Assembly: GCA_013416795.1 (NCBI GenBank)
Contig: RQSC01000908.1
Location: 74,630 to 86,909 of the forward strand
Length of the DNA: 12,280 bases
From: Prasinococcaceae sp. CCMP 1430
Lineage: Eukaryota > Plantae > Prasinodermophyta
Direction: 5' to 3'
Shown: positions 1 through 7,710 of the stretch, piece by piece
Layout of the letters: each line of letters starts with the position of its first letter
Numbering within the stretch: the first letter of the stretch is position 1
Notes under the pieces: model-generated
The model's input: only the letters and a program-made list of their open reading frames with translations
The model's database searches: none
What the model was told of the DNA's origin: nothing
Made by a program: the position numbers and the translations under genes

Positions 1-80
1 AGCGCCTGAATCCGCCCCGCTCGGCCGCGCAGCGCGCCCCGGCGTGGCCTGCGCGCCGCGGCTCCCTCTCGCTCGCGCGT

Positions 81-104
81 GCTCGCTCGCTCGCTCGCTC
101 GCTC
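81..104. repeat. (GCTC)6 microsatellite upstream of gene 1
   Basis: gctcgctcgctcgctcgctcgctc read directly. Confidence 0.95.
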
Positions 105-244
105 GCGCCCCCCGCGCATTTTCCCGGCGCCAGCGTGGCACCAGCTGAGGCGGCAGCTGAGCGTGGCGGCGGGAGCGTTCTCAACGAAAGAAGGCGGGCG
201 CGGGGCTGCCACCTCAGGCGGCGGCAGGGCGCTCGCCCGCTGCG

Positions 245-2728
245 ATGATGGGCGGTGATGCAGGCGCGCCCGCCCCCCCCCATCCGACCGGACGCGCCGC
301 CGCCGGCCCCCCCGCGCCCTCGTTGCCGGCGGGCACGTCGCTCCCGCCCTTTACAGTGGTGGCGTCCTCGCGGGGTGCCGCGGGGCCACCGCCGCCGGTT
401 CCTGGGCCGCTCCCCGGAAACGCCTCTGTCGCTGGGCCGCTCTTCGCGCACGCTCCAACGCACGCAGCCGCTGTGGACGCCGCGGCACTGGCGGCCTTTA
501 CGACCGCCGCGGCGCGCGCGGCCGTTCCGACTGGTCTCGCCGCTCCGGCCGCCGCCGCGCCGTCGCCTTCGCCCGTTGTTGCGGTGGCCCCTCCGACGGG
601 GCCTGCGGTTGCAGCATCATCGCCTGCAGCATCATCGCCTGCAGCATCGTCGCCCGCATGGGTGTCAGCGTTTGCTGCCGCGCCCGCCCGCCAACCGACG
701 CTCCTTCCCGCGCCGGCACCGACGTCGGCTTCCGCGATTCCATACCGAGTTGCGACGGAGGCCCTGCCTAGTAGGGTGACGTGCGAGGCTGGAGACGGTG
801 GCTTGGCACCGGCGTCGGCTTTCGCGATTCCATACCGAGTCGCGACGGAGGCCCTGCCTAGTAGGGTGACGTGCGAGGCTGGAGACGGTGGCTTGGCACC
901 GGCGTCGGCTTTCGCGATTCCGCACCGAGTCGCGATGGAGGCCATGCCTAGAAGTAGAGTGACGTGCGAGGCTGGAGACGGCGGCGCCAAGCCACCTCAG
1001 CGCGCCGTGGAAACGGACGGCGACACAGAAACGGATGACGTCGACACCGACGCCGGCGCTGATGATCGAGGCGGAGCACGCTGCGAGCACCCTTCACACA
1101 CGGCGGCAGTCGAGGTGGCAGCTGAGATCGATGCGCTCGGCTCGCACCCTTCACACACGGCGGCAGTCGAGGTGGCAGCTGAGATCGATGCGCTCGGCTC
1201 ACACACGGCGGCAGTCGAGGTGGCAGCCGAGATCGATGCGCCCTCGCCGCGGCAGGGCAGAGTCGTCGACGATGTGCTACCCGCGGCTGTGCCGAGGCGC
1301 CCACGTTCTGGCCACCGCAAGCCGAAGGCCTTCCCCAAAGTCGAACCCATCAGGTGTTCGTGCTGCGGCGAGCCCCCTCACCCTGGCGATCCGAATGAGG
1401 TGTGGTTGGCGTGCGAGACGTGTGACACGTGGGCCCGCTTCGAGTGCGACTTCAAGGCGCGGCAGCGCCGCCGCAACAGCACGCCGCACGCCCTGAAGCG
1501 GCTCTTCAGTGGCCGCCTGCAACGCTGCTCGCAATGCTCAGCGACCAATCGGACGAAGTGTTCAGGAGCGCCGCAAGCAGGCCACGTTGACGCCGACGGG
1601 GTCGGCGCAGCGCGCGTGCGCGCACTGCGCTACCTGCGGCGGCATGCGTCGACGTACGTGACGGAGGAGATGGCCGCACACACGCTCGAGCAGCTTGGCC
1701 AACTGTGGCTGAGTCCTACGCCACTGCCGCGCTCGTCCTCGTTCGCAGGCACAGACATCCTGTGCTTTGCACCGAAGAAGGACGACGACGACGCGGTGAG
1801 GGCCGCACATGAGCAGCAGCGCAGCGGCTTCGAGGGAGTGAAGAGGGAACGCACGGCTGCGGAGGCGGCCGCGGCGCTATACGCCTCCCTTACGGCCACG
1901 CCTGAGCTCGCGCACGAGTTTGCCGCCACCCCGCCCAGCGCTTTCGACAAGCCCCAGAAGGCGCAGCCGACCAAGCCCAATGCTAGAGCTTCCAATCGAC
2001 GGAGCGTCGCCGATTCGTCGCAGCGCTCGCGCGCGGGCCCATCCCAACACAGGGGTGCCGTACGAGTGGGCGTCAAAGACGAGCCTGGCTCTCCGCGCGC
2101 GGCGCAGCAGCGAACGGGCGGCGGCAGCGAGCACCAGGACCCCTCTCTTTGTGGCGAGGACGACTGGGCGTACGAGCAGGAGCGTCCCAAGTACCCCGTG
2201 CCCAAGAAGGCGAAGATCGACGCGCCGCGTGGCCAACGATGCAAGAAGGTGGTCTCCGCCCTCGTGGCCGACGGCCGCACAAACCACTCGAAACGCTCTG
2301 GCACGAGCGCTGCCAGCGCCAACGCCAGCGCTGCCGGCTTGGATGGCGGAACGCAGGCGGTGCGTCCTGCAAAGGAGGAGTCGGGGCCCGTCGCCCCGAG
2401 CGCGGACATGGAGGGGATCCGACACGGGCTGGAGGGCGCAATCGCGTGCGATGAGATGGCCTTTGCGCGCGTGGCGAAGGTGCGCTACCTGCTCTACGGC
2501 ATTCAGTGGCGTCTCGGGTTGGACCCTGCGAGCATCGCCGCCACGGCGCCGTACGTGGCCGCACTGAAAAACCACCACAAGGTCCGCTCGGTGGCCGAGG
2601 CGGCAGCGCGGCTGGCGGTGGCCACGCCGATGTGGCGCGGCGCCGTCGAGGACGCCGAGAGGAGAGGCAGCGACGTGCACCTCCTCGACCAGGTGCGCGC
2701 ACAGCGAGAGGCAGGCGAGAGCAAGTGA
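245..2728 (+). CDS. 827-aa low-complexity (Pro/Ala-rich) protein with an atypical PHD-like zinc finger and internal tandem repeats; possible chromatin-associated protein
   Basis: Uninterrupted ATG-TGA ORF with an in-frame upstream stop at 158-160. Cys pattern CSCC...WLACETCDTWARFEC...RCSQC at 1355-1537 resembles the PHD C4HC3 spacing. Basic stretches (RRPRSGHRKPK, PKKAK) are NLS-like. Hidden introns cannot be excluded. Confidence 0.65.
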   Translation: MMGGDAGAPAPPHPTGRAAAGPPAPSLPAGTSLPPFTVVASSRGAAGPPPPVPGPLPGNASVAGPLFAHAPTHAAAVDAAALAAFTTAAARAAVPTGLAAPAAAAPSPSPVVAVAPPTGPAVAASSPAASSPAASSPAWVSAFAAAPARQPTLLPAPAPTSASAIPYRVATEALPSRVTCEAGDGGLAPASAFAIPYRVATEALPSRVTCEAGDGGLAPASAFAIPHRVAMEAMPRSRVTCEAGDGGAKPPQRAVETDGDTETDDVDTDAGADDRGGARCEHPSHTAAVEVAAEIDALGSHPSHTAAVEVAAEIDALGSHTAAVEVAAEIDAPSPRQGRVVDDVLPAAVPRRPRSGHRKPKAFPKVEPIRCSCCGEPPHPGDPNEVWLACETCDTWARFECDFKARQRRRNSTPHALKRLFSGRLQRCSQCSATNRTKCSGAPQAGHVDADGVGAARVRALRYLRRHASTYVTEEMAAHTLEQLGQLWLSPTPLPRSSSFAGTDILCFAPKKDDDDAVRAAHEQQRSGFEGVKRERTAAEAAAALYASLTATPELAHEFAATPPSAFDKPQKAQPTKPNARASNRRSVADSSQRSRAGPSQHRGAVRVGVKDEPGSPRAAQQRTGGGSEHQDPSLCGEDDWAYEQERPKYPVPKKAKIDAPRGQRCKKVVSALVADGRTNHSKRSGTSAASANASAAGLDGGTQAVRPAKEESGPVAPSADMEGIRHGLEGAIACDEMAFARVAKVRYLLYGIQWRLGLDPASIAATAPYVAALKNHHKVRSVAEAAARLAVATPMWRGAVEDAERRGSDVHLLDQVRAQREAGESK
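611..655 (+). repeat. 15-bp tandem repeat x3 (AASSP x3)
   Basis: gcagcatcatcgcct twice, then gcagcatcgtcgccc. Confidence 0.95.
715..985 (+). repeat. 90-bp (30-aa) coding minisatellite x3
   Basis: ggcacc recurs at 715, 805 and 895. Unit is APASAFAIPYRVATEALPSRVTCEAGDGGL; the third copy has a 3-bp insertion. Confidence 0.95.
1087..1241 (+). repeat. 57-bp (19-aa) coding minisatellite, two full copies plus one truncated copy
   Basis: gcacccttcacac at 1087 and 1144. Unit is HPSHTAAVEVAAEIDALGS; the third copy lacks HPS. Confidence 0.95.
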
Positions 2729-2813
2729 CGCGGACGTCGCGGCGAGCGCGCGCCGCGCTGCGGGCGATTGCGCCGTCACGAACTATCTTTGATTACGCCC
2801 ACGAGCCCGTCCC

Positions 2814-4380
2814 CTAAAGCTCCCGGTGCGACGCAGGCCCCGCTCCCGACCCTCGCCCGACGAGCGTGCGCAGGAAGCGCTTGATACGTACGTACCACAG
2901 CGAGGCGAAGGCAGGGAGCGCTTCGGCGCCGCCCTCGGCTTGCATGGCCCTCACGAAATGCGCCTCCGCCTCGGTGGCGTTGGCAGCGATGCGCGCACCG
3001 CCGTCACCCAGCGCGTGCAGCCAGCCGAGGCTGTAGTACGCCTCGGCCACGCCCTCGGCGGCCGCCTTCTCGAGCAAGCGCACCGCGTCCCTAGCGTCGC
3101 CTGCGTGCGCGCGCGCGAGTAGCAGGTGCGCGGCGTCCACCCACGCCTCGTGTGCGCCCGCTTCCGCCGCCATGCTGAGCGCAGAGGGTGCGAGCGGCGT
3201 CAGCGGGGTGCAAGGCAGGCGCAGATATGGCAGGCGGGCATACAACGGCTCGCGCTCGCGCGCGAGCGCGCTGCTGCACTCACAGGTGGTATTTCATCGC
3301 CGCCTGCGCGTGGTCCTGGCCCGGTTGCAGGAGCAAGTGTGACGTGCGCCCCTCCGCGAGCGCTCGTGCGCGCCCCTGCAGCAAAAACGCCGCGTTGCTC
3401 GCGGCCGTGGCCGACCCCTGCTCCGCGGTGAGTACGAAGTCGATGAGCGCGCCCAGCTCGCTCTCGCCGTGTTCCAAGGCGTTGACCGTGTCATCCGTGA
3501 CGTCCCCCCACTCCGAGCGCTCCGAGACGAACACGCGCAGGAAGCGCAAGCCCTCGCTGCAATTTTGGCGTACCCCCTGCCCATGCAGGTACATGTGGCC
3601 CAGCTGGTGCGGCGCTCGCCAGTGGCCGGCGTCCTGCGCTGCCTGGAACGCCTCGTACGCGGGGCGACACAGCACGCCGTCGTCGCCCTCGCCCTCCTGG
3701 GCCTCCACCTCGCCGCCCGCCGCGACGGCCGCGCGCCACTCCTGCAGGTGCAGCGAGCCCAGATTGAAGTGGCCGTCCGGGTCATCGATCGCCGCAGCCT
3801 CCTCGAAGTATTCCCGCGCCCGCGCCGTGTCCTTCTCGACGCCGTGTCCATTCCAGTACATGACGCCCAGCGCATTGAAGGCGGCTGGCATCCCATGGAC
3901 CTCCGCGCAGCGCTCAAACAGGGTGAGCGCCGCGGCGGTGTCCTCCCCGGCGCCGCCGAGGCCCTTCATCAGCATATAGCCGAGGTTGAATTCGCCCAGC
4001 GGGTCGCCCCCCGCAGCAGCCTCGCGAAATGCCCGCAGCGCGGCGGCGCCGTCGGGCTCGACGCCGGTGCCCGTCAGGTAGCGAAAGCCCATCTGTCGGT
4101 GCCCGCCCGGATCACCGCCGCGCGCGAGTGCCAGATCGGCCTCGACCTCGTCGGCGCTCTCTCCCACGCCGCCGTCGCCGCCCAGTGACAGCATGTCACC
4201 CGCCTCCGCCGCGCGCAGGCTCTCGAGCGTGTCGCCGTGGCGGTGCATGTCGCGCAGTTGCGCGGGCGGCGGCGGCAGCGCGAAGTCCTGCGCGTCCTCG
4301 GCACGCCGGAGCAGCTCGTCGGAGGCGGCCGACAGGAGGCGCGCGGCCTGGGTGCACGACAAGGGGTCGACGTCCGCTCC
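2814..4380 (-). CDS. HRD3: SEL1L/HRD3-like Sel1-repeat protein (ERAD adaptor family); exons ~4380..3284 and 3174..2814; 5' end unresolved
   Basis: Multiple Sel1 repeats (GHRQMGFRYLTGTGVEPD, FNLGYMLMKG, FNALGVMYWNGHGVEKDTARAREYFEEAA, HQLGHMYLHGQGVRQN, YYSLGWLHALG). Family-typical segments FVSERSEW and AEQGSATAASNAAFLL match VAERGPW and AEMGYEVAQSNAAWIL of plant HRD3 as I recall it. The frame is open upstream only to the TGA at 4417-4419, with no in-frame ATG. Confidence 0.85.
3175..3283 (-). other. 109-bp phase-2 spliceosomal intron in the Sel1 gene
   Basis: GTGAGT donor, GCTGAC branch point and CTCAG acceptor. Splicing joins CT|C ATG and restores the frame (AMKYHL-MAAEAG). Confidence 0.9.
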
Positions 4381-4854
4381 CGCGCGCGGCCCGCCGCGGC
4401 CCGCCGCGAGGCGCGCTCAGAAACGATCGCGCACATGTCAAAGAGGGTTTGGAGAAGCGGAGGCTTCGCGTCGGTGGGTTTCGGTCGGTGGTGGGCGGTG
4501 GGCTCGGCGGGGCGCGCGCGCGAGAGCGAGGGCCGGCGCCGGACGCAAGGGTGTCCCCTTCCTTTTTTTGCGCATTCACAATCTGAGAATGTACATACAT
4601 ATCATATTTAACCACGGGCGCCTCGAATCGAATCTGGCTGCGTAGCACAGAAGTACAGTGGCATCGCGCTCCTCCGCCGCGGATCTGCGCGCATCGCCGG
4701 CCGGGCCTGCCGGCGAATTGCGGAATTGGCCGGCGGACCCGGGTGGGAATCCGATCCGCGCGCGCGCGCGCGGGCGCGCGCCGCGCCGGCAAAAGATACG
4801 CGCGCCGGAGCGACACGGGGCGACGGGTGCGCGCGCGCGGCGCGCGCGCGCGTC

Positions 4855-4874
4855 TTTTTCAGCCTTTTTTTTTT
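4855..4874 (+). repeat. T5 plus T10 runs
   Basis: tttttcagcc followed by ten T, conspicuous in this GC background; function unknown. Confidence 0.9.
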
Positions 4875-5195
4875 CTTGGTGTGCGTGTGTGTGTGTGGTG
4901 TGTTGCCGGCGAGCGCTGCGCGCGGCGTGCGCGCGTGGTGGGGCGGCGCGGGGGACGGCGCAGGGGAGGGAGGGGTGGAGGGGGTTGAGGGGAAGGGGGC
5001 CGCGAGCGTGGTATCCTCCTCTGTGCGCTCGCGATCGGCCTCGGCGCGGAGGAGCTGCTGCTGCCGCCGCCGGCGCCGCGGCGCGCGTCGACGACCCCTG
5101 CGGCGGCATCGCGCGCGCGCGCGCGCACGCGCGCGCGAGCGCTGACGCGTTGCAGTCCCAGCGCCCCCGCCAACGCGGGGGGAATGTGTGTGTGT

Positions 5196-5219
5196 GGGGG
5201 GGGTGGGCGGGTGGGTGGG
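5196..5219 (+). other. Canonical G-quadruplex-forming sequence
   Basis: G8-T-GGG-C-GGG-T-GGG-T-GGG: at least four G3 runs with 1-nt loops. Folding in vivo is not shown. Confidence 0.7.
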
Positions 5220-5641
5220 AAGGGGAGAGGGAGGGGAGAAGGCCAGCCAGCCAGCCAGCCGCGCGCGCGCTGTGGCACCCCGCGGTGCACCACCCCCAAA
5301 TTGCATATCCGCGAAACACTCGCCGCCTCGTACGATATGAAAAATGATGTACCATCGCACCACACATTTTACGGAAATGGGAGATGAATGATGGTGCCCG
5401 TGTGTGCGAAAGCAGCGAGCGCTGCGTCGTTGCGCGCTGCCTCTCCTGCTGTTGACCACAGCGCGCGCGGGCGGCGAGGCCGCTTTGCGCGAGTGGGCGG
5501 GCGCGTGTCGGGTGGGCCCCTCCCCCTCTTCTCCGCCGGAGGGGGATCTGAGGGGGCGTTCGTTCGCCGCGGGCGGCCGCCGGGCGCGCGCGCGCACACC
5601 GCGCGGCGCAGCTGCGCGCGGCGCGGCGCGCAGCGCGCAGC

Positions 5642-6715
5642 CAGCGGGAGCGCTCGAAGCGCGATCAGCTGCCGCTGGCGGAGGTGATCGCGCGCGAGGA
5701 GGCCCAGCGGCGCCTCGGGGAGGACGACGTCGCCAACGATGCCGACGTGATCGACGTCGGCGATGAAAAGGAGGGTCAGGATCAGCTGGAGGATCAGTCC
5801 GGGGGCGTGGGCACCGGTGGGGAAAGCGCCCCGTCGGGCTCGGACGCGCCGCCGTACGTCCTGCCCTACGACGAGGACCCGCGCGTTGTCGTGGTGGCAC
5901 GCAAGCCGAAGAGCTTCCTGTTCAAAAATCTGCTCACGGACCAGGAGGCGGACGCGCTCATCGACATGGCGAGGCCCACCATGTTGAAGAGCACGGTGGT
6001 TGACAGCAGCACGGGCAAGAGCGTGGACTCGAACATCCGCACGAGCAGCGGCACGTTTCTCTCGCGCGGGCAGAACGACCTGGTGAGTGTGATCGAGGAG
6101 AAGGTAGCCAACTATTCGAAGGTGCCGGTGACACACGGCGAGGGGCTGCAAATCCTGCACTATGAGATCGGTCAGAAGTACGAGGCGCACTACGACTACT
6201 TCCACGACAAGTTCAACACGAGCCCGGAGAAGGGCGGCCAGCGGCTCGCGACGGTGCTCATGTACCTGACCACGGTCGAGAAGGGCGGCGAAACGGTCTT
6301 CCCGCACAGCTCGCCCAAGCCCGACTACGCCGCGCCACCGCTGAGCGACGAGTTTTGGTCGGCCTGCGCTAAGCGCGGCGCCGCGAATAAGCCGCAGAAG
6401 GGTGACGCGCTGCTCTTCTTCTCGCTGACCGACAACATGAAGGAGGACTCGAGCAGTCTGCACGCGAGCTGCCCAGTCATCGCCGGCGAGAAGTGGTCGG
6501 CCACCAAGTGGATGCACATCGGAGAGTTCGGGACGGGCACAACGCGCACAAATAAACACGAGGATGGCAAGAACTGCAGGGACGACAACGCCAACTGCGC
6601 CATGTGGGCGAAGGCGGGCGAGTGCGACAAGAACCCGGCCTTCATGACAGGCCCGGAGGGCCAATGTCAGATGTCGTGTGGGGCGTGCCACACGGACGTG
6701 CCACACATAGGTTAG
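5642..6715 (+). CDS. P4H: Prolyl 4-hydroxylase (plant/algal type, 2OG-Fe(II) dioxygenase) with C-terminal ShKT domain; 5' exon unresolved
   Basis: Conserved STVVD..G.S..S.IRTSSGTFL, GEGLQILHYEIGQKYEAHYDYF (H-x-D at 6188-6196), GGQRLATVLMYL, GGETVFP, SLHASCPV (distal His) and KWSATKW (2OG-binding Lys). Six-Cys ShKT domain at 6575-6688. The ORF-track start at 5684 is GTG; the frame is open up to a TGA at 5549, so a 5' intron with an acceptor near 5640/5644 is inferred. Confidence 0.95.
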   Translation, partial: QRERSKRDQLPLAEVIAREEAQRRLGEDDVANDADVIDVGDEKEGQDQLEDQSGGVGTGGESAPSGSDAPPYVLPYDEDPRVVVVARKPKSFLFKNLLTDQEADALIDMARPTMLKSTVVDSSTGKSVDSNIRTSSGTFLSRGQNDLVSVIEEKVANYSKVPVTHGEGLQILHYEIGQKYEAHYDYFHDKFNTSPEKGGQRLATVLMYLTTVEKGGETVFPHSSPKPDYAAPPLSDEFWSACAKRGAANKPQKGDALLFFSLTDNMKEDSSSLHASCPVIAGEKWSATKWMHIGEFGTGTTRTNKHEDGKNCRDDNANCAMWAKAGECDKNPAFMTGPEGQCQMSCGACHTDVPHIG

Positions 6716-6729
6716 GCGCGGGCGTCGGC

Positions 6730-6734
6730 TGTAA
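6730..6734 (+). terminator. Candidate TGTAA polyadenylation signal for P4H
   Basis: TGTAA lies 15 nt after the P4H stop; UGUAA is the established chlorophyte poly(A) signal. Short motif, so chance occurrence is possible. Confidence 0.45.
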
Positions 6735-7119
6735 ATCACTACGCATCAGTAATACGTGCAGCGGGCGAGCTCACACGCGTACGCAAGGCGCCCGCGGCTC
6801 GACCGTGCCCCTGCTCTCTCGCGAGCGCGTGCTGCTGATATTGGCCATGCGCTCCGCGAAAACGGGTGCTGTACGCTCGCCACGCATGCGCAGTGTGCGC
6901 GCACATACGCTGCCGCTGGTAGACTCTCCGTTATACACGCGCGCGCCGAGAGCGCATGGCACGAAATTCCACGCCGCGCAGCGTCTACCACCTTGGCAAG
7001 GCCATGGGGGCGGCCGGGGCGCGCGCATTGTGTCAGCGGCAGTCGTCGCATGGCACGCGCTCGTGCCGCGACAAGCACGCACGCGCCCTCGCACGCCTCT
7101 CGCGCGCTGACCGGGGAAC

Positions 7120-7710
7120 TCACTCGTCGTCGTCCATGATGTTGCGCCGGCGGAAGGTGGTCGTCGCTTTCTTCTCCGCCTGCACGCCGTACGACTCGAC
7201 CATCTTGATGAGCCTGTCCTCGGAGATCTTCTCCTGGATCTGCCCGGCACTCGCCTGGCGGATGATAGTCTCCTCAACGGAACGCGCCTTGTCGGGCTTG
7301 ACGAGCGCGATGCGCGCCAGCCGCTCGCGCGCCTCGGGCTTGAGGACTGATGCCAGAATGGTCGCGCGCTGCACGGCCACGCGCACGGCGCACCGTCAGC
7401 CGCCGCGAGCGCCGCGATTGCTGGAGGCGCAAGGCCCGCGGCTCTGCGCGCTTTCGTCGCTCTCGCGCTGCGCGAGGTGAGGCACGCCGCACGCCACGCG
7501 CCGCACGTCGCCAATGGGCATCCCACAGCGCTTCCGCACGCGCGCCTGCCCACCGCTTCCGCCCCTGCCGCCGCCGGCCCGCGTCCCCGCGCGCCACCGC
7601 ACCTGCTCCTCCATCGCCTCCTGCTGCTGCTGCTTCTGCTGCATCTGCTCTGCGCTCGCGCCGCCGCCCATCGCGGCCATCTGCTGGGCGATGCCCGAGT
7701 TGGCGTCCAT
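7120..7710 (-). CDS. PDCD5: Programmed cell death protein 5 homolog (dsDNA-binding family), 118 aa; exons 7710..7603 and 7368..7120
   Basis: The spliced product MDANSG...QQQQEAMEEQ|RATILASVLKPEARERLARIALVKPDKARSVEETII...KISEDRLI...FRRRNIMDDDE follows the PDCD5 pattern throughout. Confidence 0.95.
7369..7602 (-). other. 234-bp phase-0 intron in PDCD5
   Basis: CAG|GTGCGG donor, GCTGAC branch point and GTGCAG acceptor; the frame is restored. Confidence 0.9.

Noticed and set aside
120-127. E2F-like site TTTCCCGG
   Set aside because: A single short degenerate match with no supporting context.
214-990. Antisense 258-aa ORF, and the many other overlapping ORFs such as 5369-6739, 3188-3979, 8061-8966 and 10243-11478
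   Set aside because: These are shadow frames expected at this GC content; they mirror the real genes or repeats and contain no recognisable motifs.
715-1241. CRISPR-like array
   Set aside because: The repeats are contiguous with no unique spacers, lie in frame inside a eukaryotic ORF, and there are no cas genes.
4610-4760. tRNA or SINE (box-B-like GATTCGATTC and GATCGGATTCCC on the minus strand)
   Set aside because: No cloverleaf, no correctly spaced A/B boxes and no target-site duplication.
5377-5403. Selenocysteine read-through (MGDE-U-WCPC)
   Set aside because: There is no selenoprotein homology and no SECIS-like element that I can identify; the stop is probably just a short uORF or noise.
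7045-7072. Hairpin in the PDCD5 3' region (gtcgc-at-ggcacg-cgct-cgtgcc-gcgac) and the palindrome at 6894-6905
   Set aside because: Stems of this size are expected in CG-rich DNA, and there is no SECIS or other known signature.
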